From contig CAXXDQ010000004.1 in assembly GCA_963664325.2 (NCBI GenBank), positions 192,001 to 256,000 of the forward strand: a DNA stretch of 64,000 nt, given 5' to 3'. The notes beneath the pieces are model-generated. The model was given only the letters and a program-made list of their open reading frames with translations, made no database searches and was not told the DNA's origin. Below, in pieces: positions 48,714 to 59,081 of this stretch. A program made the translations under genes and the position numbers. The DNA is from Desulfomonilia bacterium (GTDB lineage Bacteria > Desulfobacterota > Desulfomonilia > UBA1062). Each line of letters begins with the position of its first letter. Positions within the stretch are counted from its first letter, which is position 1.

Positions 48714-49649
48714 ATGAACTGCTCGCTGTGCCCACATAAGTGCGGGGCCGACAGAACATCGGAAAAAGGCCTGTGCGGTTCAACAAACAGCATGCGAGTT
48801 TCCGCCGTCGTCATCCACAGAGGCGAGGAGCCTCCGCTGGTGACAGGGGCCGGTTCCGGCGCCGTGTTTTTTTCAGGCTGTCCCTTGAAATGCCCTTACT
48901 GCCAGAACAGGCAGATCAGCCATGGCAATTGGGGATGCGCCATAACCCCGGAAAGGCTTTCATCATACCTGCTCGAGCTTCAGGACATGGGCTGCTCAAA
49001 CATCAACCTCGTCACGCCCGCCCATCATGCAGACGGACTGATTATTTCTCTTGAGGCGGCAAAAAAGGACGGCCTTATTATCCCGGTCATGCTGAATTCG
49101 AGCGGCTATGAAACTGTTGAGACGCTCGAAAAGCTTCTGCCTTACATTGAGATTTATCTAATGGATATCAGATACGGAAGCAACCAATCAGGGGTTTACA
49201 TCGGAAAAATACCCGGCTACTGGGATACGGCGATGGATGCCGTTGAATTCGCATGGCAGAAAAAAGGCCCGCTCAAGCTTGATATAAACGGTTGCGCGGT
49301 GTCCGGCCTGATTGTGAGGCATCTCCTTCTGCCGGGCCTGCTGTCAGACCCATTGAGCGTGCTCGATTTCCTCGCATGCCTTTCACTGAAGATCCCTGTC
49401 AGCCTTCTGGCCCAGTACAATCCGGGTTTTTATACAGGCGATATTGCAGAAATGAAGCGGTGCGTAACACAGGAAGAATACCGGTCAGTGTTGAACTGGG
49501 CCATGGAGCTTGGTTTTGAAACAATCTATTCTCAGGAGGTCGATTCATCAGAGAACTATGCGCCGGATTTCAGAAATCTCCACCCCTTTGGAGACGGCAT
49601 CAACCTTCTGCTGAGAGATAATTTCCTTATGGATGGATCACTGTCCTGA
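48714..49649 (+). CDS. Radical SAM protein, PflX-like
   Basis: C.LCP..CG, GEEPP, CPLKCPYCQN, NINLVTP, RHLLLP. Confidence 0.88.
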   Translation: MNCSLCPHKCGADRTSEKGLCGSTNSMRVSAVVIHRGEEPPLVTGAGSGAVFFSGCPLKCPYCQNRQISHGNWGCAITPERLSSYLLELQDMGCSNINLVTPAHHADGLIISLEAAKKDGLIIPVMLNSSGYETVETLEKLLPYIEIYLMDIRYGSNQSGVYIGKIPGYWDTAMDAVEFAWQKKGPLKLDINGCAVSGLIVRHLLLPGLLSDPLSVLDFLACLSLKIPVSLLAQYNPGFYTGDIAEMKRCVTQEEYRSVLNWAMELGFETIYSQEVDSSENYAPDFRNLHPFGDGINLLLRDNFLMDGSLS

Positions 49650-49759
49650 CAGGCTTATCATGAGCCGCAAATTTCATCGCGCCTTTATCAATACAGCCAT
49701 TACTTAAACCTGCAAACTGCCTTTAGGACAACAAATCCGGCCTGTGTCCGCATTCATTT

Positions 49760-50116
49760 TCAAGCTGCGCAAAGCCTGCTGTAATGTTTGCATATGATCT
49801 TTTCAAAACTCGATATGTCTGAGGCGCTCAGGCACATTTTTACTGTCCCGTAATTCTCCTCTACAACCCAAACTCTTCCCAGTTCATCCAGATAAACCCC
49901 CTTTACGTTGTCATCGAGCATACTGTTCCATCTGGGATCGCCCGAAATTTCTGTCAGGCCAAGTTCGGCCATGACCCGTTTTGAAAGCCCGCCTATGGAC
50001 CAGTCCCTCCACAGGGACGAGATATCGAATCTCAAAGAGTCTTCGTATATGTCTCTCCGTGCTTTTTCTATCGCATTTACTCTGTCTGTATATATATTTT
50101 CATCATAATGGCCCAT
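49760..50116 (-). CDS. Hypothetical protein
   Basis: 118-aa ORF with RBS-like AAAGGGGTG. Confidence 0.55.
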   Translation of the reverse strand: MGHYDENIYTDRVNAIEKARRDIYEDSLRFDISSLWRDWSIGGLSKRVMAELGLTEISGDPRWNSMLDDNVKGVYLDELGRVWVVEENYGTVKMCLSASDISSFEKIICKHYSRLCAA

Positions 50117-50488
50117 CGTTCACCCCTTTTAAATTTTAATAACGGTTTTATATGGTCTGAGATTAGAAATTATCTGTAAGGCCGGGATAAAATAACGGTT
50201 AATTATCCATGAACCGGTTTTAATTTTTTAAACCGGAAAGTCCTGGCATAAGCCTCCTGCCGGATGCTTTTGCATAGACCTTGAGTTGAATGTCAATTCC
50301 CCGGCGTACAAGTTCACAGGGGCGTTCGGGACTTACCTCAAGAATGGCCTTCTGTCTGAAAAAGCGGTGCAAGGCAGATACAATATGCCTGTCAGTATTG
50401 TTATTGCGGCAGATTAAGGAATAACGGCGATGTATTGCTTTCTTTCCTCAAGGATAAATTCTTTTTATATAAACCGCCGTTTCCGTTT

Positions 50489-51607
50489 TTAAGTCTTCAT
50501 CCCGAAAAGGAAGCGCAGAAAGCTTATACGCCTGACAATGAGTTCATAAATCATCATGATTGTCGTGAATGACAGGGCGGCGAGCAGCAGGTATTTGACG
50601 AACAGACCTATGTTCAGACTGATCAGGAAATAGGCGATGATCACTATCACGGTCTGATGCAGTATGTAAAATGGAAGCACTGCTTCGTTTGCGTGATCAA
50701 GAAATCTGTTTGAAAAATTCAGAAAAGCCTTGCCCCATCCCAGAATGGCGCACAGCCAGCACCATGAATTGAACGCCCTCAATAAAGCAAAAAGCGGAGA
50801 ACGGTCGGGTCTTCCTGAAGTTAAAATCAGATATCCGGCGACGGTCGCCATTGCCGCCAGAATAAGGGACACTGATTTATACTTTTTCATGGCGTCCGTA
50901 AAACCCTGTCCGTACGCGGTCATGAAACCAATAATGAAAAAGACAAGGTATGTCAGCGGACTCCAGCCTCCGAAATCACGCATGCCCACGCCCTTTGGCT
51001 GGAGATTTACCAGCATCTCCATTAGAGCAACCGGGATAAAAAATAAATATAAGCCTCCGGGCTTTAAAGACATAGCCGACAGCCGCGACATGAAACTCCC
51101 GGCAGGCTCCGATTTTAGGAATCTGAACAGCGGGAGCATCATTATCGAGAATAAAAGAAGCATTTCAAGATACCAGAGATGAAGTCCCATCCAGGCAAAA
51201 TTGCCTCCAAAGGCGTAAAATCCGTCAAAGTAATGCGGGATGAAATCGATCAGGGAGCCCTTGAACCGCCCGGTAGTTATCCGTTCAATATAAACCTGCG
51301 GGGAAGCCAGAAACAGCATCCCGAAAACCAGAGGAATCCCCAGCCTCTTCAGCCTCTCTTTTAAGAAAAGGTTGTTTGATCTTTTGTCTAGGGCATACCA
51401 TATTGACAATGCCGACAGGATAAAGAAAAGCGGCATTATCCACTGGCCGAGTACTGTAACAAAAACACTGAAACCGAAAGAGGTCTGGGGATTCTTCACA
51501 TGCCATCCGTCTAAATCGAAAAACCTTGCGCAGTGGAAAAAGAAGATTGTAAGCATGGCCAGAACTCTCAGCCAGTCAACATATAATTTTCTATCCTGTT
51601 CACCCAT
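50489..51607 (-). CDS. Acyltransferase-3 family membrane protein (OpgC/MdoC-like)
   Basis: DWLR, MPLFF, RL.IP, HLWYL, FYILHQ. Confidence 0.88.
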   Translation of the reverse strand: MGEQDRKLYVDWLRVLAMLTIFFFHCARFFDLDGWHVKNPQTSFGFSVFVTVLGQWIMPLFFILSALSIWYALDKRSNNLFLKERLKRLGIPLVFGMLFLASPQVYIERITTGRFKGSLIDFIPHYFDGFYAFGGNFAWMGLHLWYLEMLLLFSIMMLPLFRFLKSEPAGSFMSRLSAMSLKPGGLYLFFIPVALMEMLVNLQPKGVGMRDFGGWSPLTYLVFFIIGFMTAYGQGFTDAMKKYKSVSLILAAMATVAGYLILTSGRPDRSPLFALLRAFNSWCWLCAILGWGKAFLNFSNRFLDHANEAVLPFYILHQTVIVIIAYFLISLNIGLFVKYLLLAALSFTTIMMIYELIVRRISFLRFLFGMKT

Positions 51608-51781
51608 TCGGCAAAAGTGCTATATTTTAAATCCGATGTCAATTTCAAAGATACCTGCTTTAAAGGCATTTGACGTATTTAAATTCGGATTTGATGAGCC
51701 GGACCCTGCCGCCACTTACGTACCTGCTTTATGTGCAAGCGTCTGCCCGGCGATATTCAATTAATTTCTGCAGGTTCCATC

Positions 51782-53332
51782 TTACTTCAGCATCTGGTTC
51801 AGGTTAAGGCGGACAAGGACGAGTCCTTGCCTGTAATCATATTTCCCGGCTTCGAAAAGAAGCAGTATATCACCGTCAGGCAACACGCAAAGCTGTGAAT
51901 AGCAGGAAGGCCCGTTGTAAATCTCTTTTTTTACAGGCCAGGTCCTGCCGTCATCATTGCTGAGCCTTACCGTCATATTCCCTCTTGCGCATCCGGCTGG
52001 ATTGCTGAAAAGAACCGCGGTATCTTTATAGGCATATCTTATTATTGAAGCCTGCGTTTCAGCACAGACAAGGTCCTTTTCAGGATTTATATCAAACCAG
52101 GTTTGACCGCCATCGCGGCTCAAGCCTGTCTGCCTCGGCTGGCAGCGCCTGTAGCGGCAGTTCATATCGAGCGTTCCGTCCGTCATCTCAAAGGCCTGAG
52201 GCTCTTCGCCTGTTCCCATATCTTCGCCCTTGCGCCATGAAACGCCGTGATCATCACTGTAAATAACATGAGCCCCTCTGGCATGGCTCGGCCCGAAATA
52301 ATATGCCGGAACGACAAGCCTCGAATTTCTAAGCTGTATGCCGATGCCCGGCCCGGTTCCATATTCCATGCACAACTGGGAGTTGTTGCACTTCAGTCCA
52401 AGGTCAAGCTCCTTTGTTATGTCGACAGGCTTTGAAAATGATTGGCCGAAGTCCGTGCTCTTCATCATCCAGACCTGTTTGTTATCGATGCAGTATGGCA
52501 GCCAGAGCGTTTTCGTATCACGGTCAAAAACGGGACAGGGATTGCCGGCCGTGTGTTTTCCGGCATCAAGCAGCACCTGGACCGGCCCCCATGTTTTCCC
52601 GCCGTCAACGCTTCTGCGCAATACAAGATCGATGTCCCCCCAGTCGAACATTTCATCTTTTCTGGATTCTGCAAAAGCAAGGACAATATCGCGGTCTTTA
52701 TCGTCTTTAAAGGTAATCATGGAAGGAATACGGTACCCGCGCCCATCCTGCATGCCTTTTTCGAAAAGCCATACAGGCTTGATTCCAGGGGCATAGGCCG
52801 GATTCCAGAATATTATGGTGAGAGCAAACGCCCCGAGAACAAACAGGAAAGCCCCGCCCGCCGGGATCATTCCGGGAATGCCGCCAAGCCCGTTCTTGTT
52901 TTTAAAAAAATTGAAGATGACGACAGCGCCGTCGATGACAAGCAGCGCTCCATAACCGATAAACGGCAGCGACAGGGCCGTTAGTTCAGGAATTGACATC
53001 GTATCGACAACCCACATGAACAATCTGGAGAACAGGAATAAAAGAATGATGCCGGCCACAGGGTTCCAGACGGCAAAAAAGATCCTTACGGCTGAAGGAA
53101 GGTTGCAGGGTTTTGCTTTTTCTGAAAACACAGAGGCAAGCCCGGAAACCGGACCGATGACGAGCAGTATGGCGAAGACAACCAGTATCCATTTCCTTCT
53201 GGCAATGATCAGAAACTCCCCGCCGAATGACGTTATCCATACATAAACGACGGCTGCGAATAGAAGCGAAAGAATGAGTAAGGCAGTTCTCAAGATTATT
53301 TTTCCAGCATTCACGTGCTTGCAGGCTTCCAT
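51782..53332 (-). CDS. Membrane-anchored GH33 sialidase
   Basis: YRIP motif, five Asp-boxes (SVDGGKTW, STDFGQSF, SDDHGVSW, SRDGGQTW, SNDDGRTW), about 5 N-terminal TM helices. Confidence 0.88.
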   Translation of the reverse strand: MEACKHVNAGKIILRTALLILSLLFAAVVYVWITSFGGEFLIIARRKWILVVFAILLVIGPVSGLASVFSEKAKPCNLPSAVRIFFAVWNPVAGIILLFLFSRLFMWVVDTMSIPELTALSLPFIGYGALLVIDGAVVIFNFFKNKNGLGGIPGMIPAGGAFLFVLGAFALTIIFWNPAYAPGIKPVWLFEKGMQDGRGYRIPSMITFKDDKDRDIVLAFAESRKDEMFDWGDIDLVLRRSVDGGKTWGPVQVLLDAGKHTAGNPCPVFDRDTKTLWLPYCIDNKQVWMMKSTDFGQSFSKPVDITKELDLGLKCNNSQLCMEYGTGPGIGIQLRNSRLVVPAYYFGPSHARGAHVIYSDDHGVSWRKGEDMGTGEEPQAFEMTDGTLDMNCRYRRCQPRQTGLSRDGGQTWFDINPEKDLVCAETQASIIRYAYKDTAVLFSNPAGCARGNMTVRLSNDDGRTWPVKKEIYNGPSCYSQLCVLPDGDILLLFEAGKYDYRQGLVLVRLNLNQMLK

Positions 53333-53404
53333 AAACCCTCCTGTCAATTCCGGTATAAATAAATCATCGGGATACGAATTCCGTTCCTGAAGAATCCCTT
53401 CTGA

Positions 53405-54868
53405 TCAGGCCTCCCATTCAGCCGCGAAGAAATCATCAAGAGTACGGTTTGAGACGGTCTCAACATACCGGTCGAGTTCGGCTGAAAGCTTTTCATCGAT
53501 TTCACGGGGTTTGTGGGCGGCGAGTATCTTTTTTGCCTCTTCTCTCGCAGCCGTCCTCATGTCCGGCCTGCCGCTTTTTTCCCAGGAATCCCGCTTGTTG
53601 CGCTCGGCCAGCCTGGGAATGAAATGCTCTTTCCTGAAATTACGCTGGGTGTGCCGCTCCGCTATATAGCTCCCGTCGGGGCCCACTTTTCTTATCAGGT
53701 CCAGAGCCAGGGTTTCAGGATTGACCTCGATTCCCCTTGCGATCCTTTCGGCCATGGAGATTATCTCGTTGTCTATGACTGTAAGCTCATTGGCCCCGGC
53801 GCAGGTTGACTCGAGCGTTCCGGCGCAGGTGACCAGGTTTACGCCCGCAAGCGCAGCAAGGATTATGGAGTGCTCCCGCTCTATGCCGCACTGGAGGTCT
53901 ATGTCCTTTGACTCCGTCGTTCCGGCCACGCACCTGCAGGGTATGCCGTAAAAATGCGCCAGCTGCGCACTGGCCGCGCTCAGCATTCCTGTCTCCACTG
54001 CGCCCAGAGCCACTCCGCCTTTCCTCATCTCGGCTATTGTGGATACGCTTCCGTACATCACGGGTGTCCCCGGATTAACGGCCTGCGACATGATGATATG
54101 AGAAAGAATTTCGGCGTTGTGCTGGACAAGCAGTCCGGCAAGTGTGGCCGGAGCAGTCATGCATGCAATGGCTTCAGGGGACATCAATGCGGGCTGTCCG
54201 TTTTCCGCAAGTATCCACAGGCCTTCTAGCTGCATCTGTGCGCTTGAAAGCGGGCTGTGCACGCTTACAATAGTCAGGTAGGGATGCTTGTCCTTTACCT
54301 CATCCCGGCCGCCCATGGCGAGCATCATCATCTCCATTATGTCGTTTGTCGCCATAACGCCGAACGCGCCCATGCCGAAGGACTTCCGGCATTCCTTCGC
54401 CCATGTTCTGAGCGCCTCCACATGGCACGTATGCATGGGCAGATCTGACGGCCATATGTCGGTCTGGCCTGCCTGTATGTTTTCAAGCCCGTCTATCAGG
54501 ATCATGTGGTTCCTCAGGTCGGAAAACGTAGCGGGCCGGTATTCAAGCGTCTCCAGGTCGTACATGTTCGAAGGCGTTCCGAGCCCTGAATAATACCGGG
54601 TCGATGTGTTTACTGGCCAGGCAAGGCTGCTGTCCGCCCCGCAGAGAATGAATTCCCTGGGCGCCTTTGCGAGGTATTTTTCAACAAACTCCCCGGGGAA
54701 TTTTACAATCCTGGTCTCCTCATCAACATCGCAGCCGAGTTCATGAAGCAGCCGCCGCATCTTTTTCAGGGCGACTTTTATACCGGTATCCGCAAGCACG
54801 CCGATTGTCGCCTCATGAATCAGGCGTATTTCACTATCATCAAGGACGCGGTATTGAGAACTTTTCAT
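53405..54868 (-). CDS. MttB-superfamily corrinoid methyltransferase (non-pyrrolysine)
   Basis: IHEAT..VL, SPL, TAPATLAGLLVQHNAE, SK..D.Q.G.E; no in-frame TAG. Confidence 0.9.
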   Translation of the reverse strand: MKSSQYRVLDDSEIRLIHEATIGVLADTGIKVALKKMRRLLHELGCDVDEETRIVKFPGEFVEKYLAKAPREFILCGADSSLAWPVNTSTRYYSGLGTPSNMYDLETLEYRPATFSDLRNHMILIDGLENIQAGQTDIWPSDLPMHTCHVEALRTWAKECRKSFGMGAFGVMATNDIMEMMMLAMGGRDEVKDKHPYLTIVSVHSPLSSAQMQLEGLWILAENGQPALMSPEAIACMTAPATLAGLLVQHNAEILSHIIMSQAVNPGTPVMYGSVSTIAEMRKGGVALGAVETGMLSAASAQLAHFYGIPCRCVAGTTESKDIDLQCGIEREHSIILAALAGVNLVTCAGTLESTCAGANELTVIDNEIISMAERIARGIEVNPETLALDLIRKVGPDGSYIAERHTQRNFRKEHFIPRLAERNKRDSWEKSGRPDMRTAAREEAKKILAAHKPREIDEKLSAELDRYVETVSNRTLDDFFAAEWEA

Positions 54869-54985
54869 TATAAAACCTCCGCAGAAAAATATTCCGGATA
54901 GAAAATATGTTTTAAATAACATGGCGGTGATATATAAAAAAGCCCGATCATTAAATTATAATATTTCTCTTGCTGGAGGCTGACC

Positions 54986-56224
54986 ATGAAAGACCTTGAA
55001 AAACCATCGTGGAATTTCGATACGCTGTGCGTGCATGCGGGCGAGGGGGTGGACACCGATTCGCAGGCCATCAGAAGGCCCATACACATGGCCAATTCAT
55101 ACAAGCTCTCAACCGACCTGCTCGAACTCGTGGAACAGGTGACCTTCGACAGCCTCGACAAATTCAACTACACCAGAGAACACAACCCGACGGTCAGGCA
55201 TCTTGAAGAAAGGCTCGCCATGCTCGAGGGGGGCGAGGACTGCGTGGTCTCGGCCAGCGGCATGGGAGCCGTTTCCGCAACGCTCTTTACCCTGCTCTGC
55301 GCAGGCGATCACATAGTTGCTTCCGAGGTCTGCTATACCGGCTCACAGAAGCTCATCGGAAAAATGCTCCCCAGGTTCGGTATTGAAGTCTCCATGGTTG
55401 ACACGTCCGATGTGGATGAAGTGAGGCGCGCGGTAAGGAAGAACACAAAAGTCATCTATGTTGAAACACCGGCCAATCCCCTCGTGCTTATATGCGACAT
55501 AAGGGCGATCGCTGAAATAGCCCGTGAAGCAGGCGCCCTGCTGATAGTGGACAGCACATGGTCCGGCCTTGTAAACCAGAAGCCGCTCGAACTCGGCGCC
55601 GATGTCGTGATTCACAGCGCAACCAAATACATTAATGGCCACGGGGACTGTCTGTGCGGCGCCATCATAGGACCGGAGCAGCTTCTCAAGAAGATCCGCG
55701 AAGACGGCATTACGCACCTAGGCGCGTGCATCAGCCCGTTCAATGCCTGGCTGATCATGAGGGGTTCGGTCACACTGCCCCTGAGGATGGAAAGGCACTC
55801 GGCCAATGCGCAGAAGGTTGCCGAATTCCTGGCGATCCACCCGAAAGTGGATATGGTCCGCTATCCCGGCCTTAAAAGCCACCCTTCGTATAAGCTTGCA
55901 AAAAAACAGATGAAGGCGCCTTCGGGCATGATTAATTTCAACCTGAAGGCGGACATCATGGAGCACTTCGCTTTTCTTGACAGGCTGAAGCTCATCACCC
56001 ATGCCGTTTCACTCGGCCATGACCAGAGCCTGATTTATTACCTGCCGACCGGATTCTTCTTCGAGGAGATGGCTGTTTTTAATGACAGGCAGAAGCTCAA
56101 ATACCTCGGGCTTATGGGCGAGGGCATATACAGACTGAGCGTCGGGATTGAAGACGCGGCCGACATCATAACCGACCTTGCCCTGGCGCTTGAAGGGGTA
56201 AAGATCAGAGAGGAAGGCAGATGA
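54986..56224 (+). CDS. PLP-dependent Cys/Met metabolism enzyme (methionine gamma-lyase/cystathionine gamma-synthase family)
   Basis: YTR..NPT, SGMGA, ETPANP, HSATKYINGHGD, AVSLG, RLSVGIE. Confidence 0.9.
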   Translation: MKDLEKPSWNFDTLCVHAGEGVDTDSQAIRRPIHMANSYKLSTDLLELVEQVTFDSLDKFNYTREHNPTVRHLEERLAMLEGGEDCVVSASGMGAVSATLFTLLCAGDHIVASEVCYTGSQKLIGKMLPRFGIEVSMVDTSDVDEVRRAVRKNTKVIYVETPANPLVLICDIRAIAEIAREAGALLIVDSTWSGLVNQKPLELGADVVIHSATKYINGHGDCLCGAIIGPEQLLKKIREDGITHLGACISPFNAWLIMRGSVTLPLRMERHSANAQKVAEFLAIHPKVDMVRYPGLKSHPSYKLAKKQMKAPSGMINFNLKADIMEHFAFLDRLKLITHAVSLGHDQSLIYYLPTGFFFEEMAVFNDRQKLKYLGLMGEGIYRLSVGIEDAADIITDLALALEGVKIREEGR

Positions 56225-57629
56225 GCGGCAGGGGCCTGCCCTTAAAGACCAAGATCGGATACGGCGCGGCGGAGCTTTCTAATTCTCTCACCTGGACCAT
56301 GTTCTATGTCCTTTTCCTTTTTTTCCTGACTGACGTGGTCAAGATGGACCCGGCGTATGCCGGTTTTATAATGATGACAGGTACCGTATGGGACGCCTTT
56401 TCGAGCCCGCTTGTCGGTGTAATCTCTGACAGGGTGAAGTCAAAATGGGGCCGGAGACGGCCATTCATCCTTGGCACGGCCGTGCCCTTCGGGCTTATCA
56501 CGTGGCTTCTTTTTACGGATTTCGGGCTGTCTCCGGATATGACGAAGGCGTATTTCATTGCGGTTGTCATCTGCACGTTCACGGTATTTTCCTTTCTGGA
56601 CATTCCTTTGACTTCGCTCGCAGCCGAAATGACGCAGGATTATGACGAACGCACAAGTCTCATCAGCTACCGGGCGGTTTTCAGCCAGGTGGCATCCATC
56701 ACAGGCGCCGCCCTCCCATTTGTTCTCGTTGAGCATCTTACAAAGACGCTGGGCGCGGCCAAACCCGCTTGGTCCGTCATGACGGCCTTCATCGGGCTTT
56801 TCACCATATTCCCCATACTGATAACATGGCGGGCTACGCGAGGGACGGAGCTTTATCCGGGAAAACACGAGCATCTCCATAAGCGACATAAAAAACGCCG
56901 TCTTCAGCAACAGGACATTCAAATTTACGGTAGGCGTCTACACCTTCAGCAACGTGGCCTTAGGCATTGCGGGAGTAGTCATGGTCTATTTCATGCAGTA
57001 CTACATGCAGTTTACGGAGATGCAGAAATCGATCGCATTCCTGTTCCTGTTCGCATGCACGATCGTATGGATACCGCTGATAAACTACTTCTCCGCCAGG
57101 CTTTCAAAAACGCTGGGCGTTCATCATATTTATCGGCCTGTGGGCCCTTGTCCAGTCAATCGGGCGCAATACTTGTAAGGCCTGGAGATACTGTATATTT
57201 CTATGTCCTTGTGATACTGGCATCAGGCGGCCTGATAGGCGTCACCATGGCCGGCTGGGCGATGATACCCGATGTAAGTGGAGGTTGACGAATATAAAAC
57301 GGGGACAGAGGCGCGAAGGACTTTATTACGGAATATTCAGCTTTTCAAGAAAGGTCGCTGTTGCGCTTGCGGTCTGGCTGGTTGGAATAATACTATCCGG
57401 AGTTGGCTATGCCCCGAACGCGGTTCAGGACAAAAGAATCCCTGCTGGGCATAAGGCTTATCTATGCAGAGGGGACGGCGTTTTTTTCCTTTTTGCAAGC
57501 CTGATCATGGCATACCTGCTGCCTATGACCAGGAAAAGGCATGAGGCGCTTGCCGAAGCGATCAGGCTCAAAAAGGAAGGAACGGCCACTGACGAGGAAG
57601 AAAATCAAAATTTTGCTCTAGTTTTTTGA
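56221..57629 (+). pseudogene. GPH-family (MelB-like) MFS glycoside transporter, multiply frameshifted
   Basis: WDA..P.VG.ISD...WGRRRP, YDERT, RREG.YYG motifs distributed over shifting frames; probably sequence error. Confidence 0.8.
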
Positions 57630-57701
57630 TGCCTTCATTCTGCATGTTTATTGTCCGGTCTTTGCAGAAATCCGGAAACCAGAGAGAATTTTTATATCTA
57701 C

Positions 57702-58907
57702 TTATTCCTCATGTTCCAGGACGATTTTTATGGCCTTTTCCTCTCCCTTGGAAAAAAAGGCCTTTATGGCCTCACGGTAGTTTTTCATGGGAAATCTGTG
57801 CGTGATGATATCATCGATTGAAACGCGCTTATCGAGAAGAAGTCCTGCGGCAATGTCAAATGAAGAACGGCCTGCTTCCTCCATTGCATGGCAGTTGATT
57901 CCCGTGACCGAGATCTCCTGGTGCCATATGGGTGAATAATCGATCTTTCCGGGTTTGAAATTGATGCCTATGATCACCACGCTTCCCCTGCTGCGCACCC
58001 ACCTCAACGAGTCATTGATGCTGCCGTCATTGCCTATGGTATCGTAAATGATGTCAAACCCTCCCAGGAGTATCCTGTTCCCGAAATAACCTTCAAGGTA
58101 TTTTGCACCCGTCAGACCGGCTATCCGCTTGTACGGATTCTTTTCCCCGATGATTACCCCGTCGGCGCCGAGTTTCCGGGCCATCTCGGCCTGGAAAGGA
58201 TAGCGGGCCAGGGCGATCACCTCTGAATCCGGCTCCATCGCCTTTGCCACCGCGATGGTCAGGAGCCCTATGGCGCCGCACCCTAAAACCAGTATGCGAT
58301 CACCCTTTTCGGGCATGCGTTTTCTGACTCCATGCACCGCACAGGCAAGGGGCTCAATAAGGATTGCCTCATCGTCGCTGAGTCCGGCCGGCACCTTGAA
58401 AGGCTGCGTTCTATGCATAACCATGTACGGAGAAAAACCGCCTCCGACATCGAGAAGGGGAAGCTTCTCAGCACCGAGATTCTGGCACATCATATAATCG
58501 CCTTTCCGGCACTGAGGACACATCGGGTCGATCTCCATCTGATAGCATGAAGGCCAGTCGATGCGCAGGCATACCCTGTCGCCCTTTTTGAAATCACCCG
58601 CTTCATCGCCGGTCTCGATCACCTCACCTAAAAGTTCATGCCCGAGATATTTTCTTGAAACTCCCGGCGTAGCAGCAGGGAAGCTTTTCGGGTCCATCTC
58701 CATGAATATGAAATGAATGTCCGAACCGCAGAGTCCGCATGCCTTATTTCGAACCTTGAGCCACCGCGGATTCGGGATTTGAGGCTCCGGGACCTCGGCA
58801 TACCGTGTCGGCGATATGGCCGTAAGGGCTGCATCACGATAAAAAACCGATGCGGCCTGCATCATCACGATTTTTAAAAGGCTGTTGTCAAAATAGAGTG
58901 CTTTCAT
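57702..58907 (-). CDS. Zn-dependent medium-chain alcohol dehydrogenase
   Basis: CGSD, GHE, GCGAIG; paralog of 30849-32060. Confidence 0.9.
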   Translation of the reverse strand: MKALYFDNSLLKIVMMQAASVFYRDAALTAISPTRYAEVPEPQIPNPRWLKVRNKACGLCGSDIHFIFMEMDPKSFPAATPGVSRKYLGHELLGEVIETGDEAGDFKKGDRVCLRIDWPSCYQMEIDPMCPQCRKGDYMMCQNLGAEKLPLLDVGGGFSPYMVMHRTQPFKVPAGLSDDEAILIEPLACAVHGVRKRMPEKGDRILVLGCGAIGLLTIAVAKAMEPDSEVIALARYPFQAEMARKLGADGVIIGEKNPYKRIAGLTGAKYLEGYFGNRILLGGFDIIYDTIGNDGSINDSLRWVRSRGSVVIIGINFKPGKIDYSPIWHQEISVTGINCHAMEEAGRSSFDIAAGLLLDKRVSIDDIITHRFPMKNYREAIKAFFSKGEEKAIKIVLEHEE

Positions 58908-59040
58908 TTTTTTCCCTTGGATTAAATTCAAATACCTGGCGATATGATAAGAAGCACGGCCCGGAAGTCAACAAGGGAATTCGTCAATTAATGTTTTATT
59001 GATGCAGGCTTCCGTACCTGAGCACGGCTTGGGAACATCG

Positions 59041-59071
59041 GGGAAAGGGATGCCTCATGCATCCCTTTCCC
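59041..59071. terminator. Strong stem-loop downstream of ppiD
   Basis: Perfect 13-bp stem GGGAAAGGGATGC-ctcat-GCATCCCTTTCCC; no T-tract. Confidence 0.55.
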
Positions 59072-59081
59072 ATAAAGGGCG

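Noticed and set aside
48714-49649. Radical SAM enzyme as maturase of the 38174 peptide
   Set aside because: PflX-like, lacks SPASM and RRE domains, and lies 10 kb away in another operon
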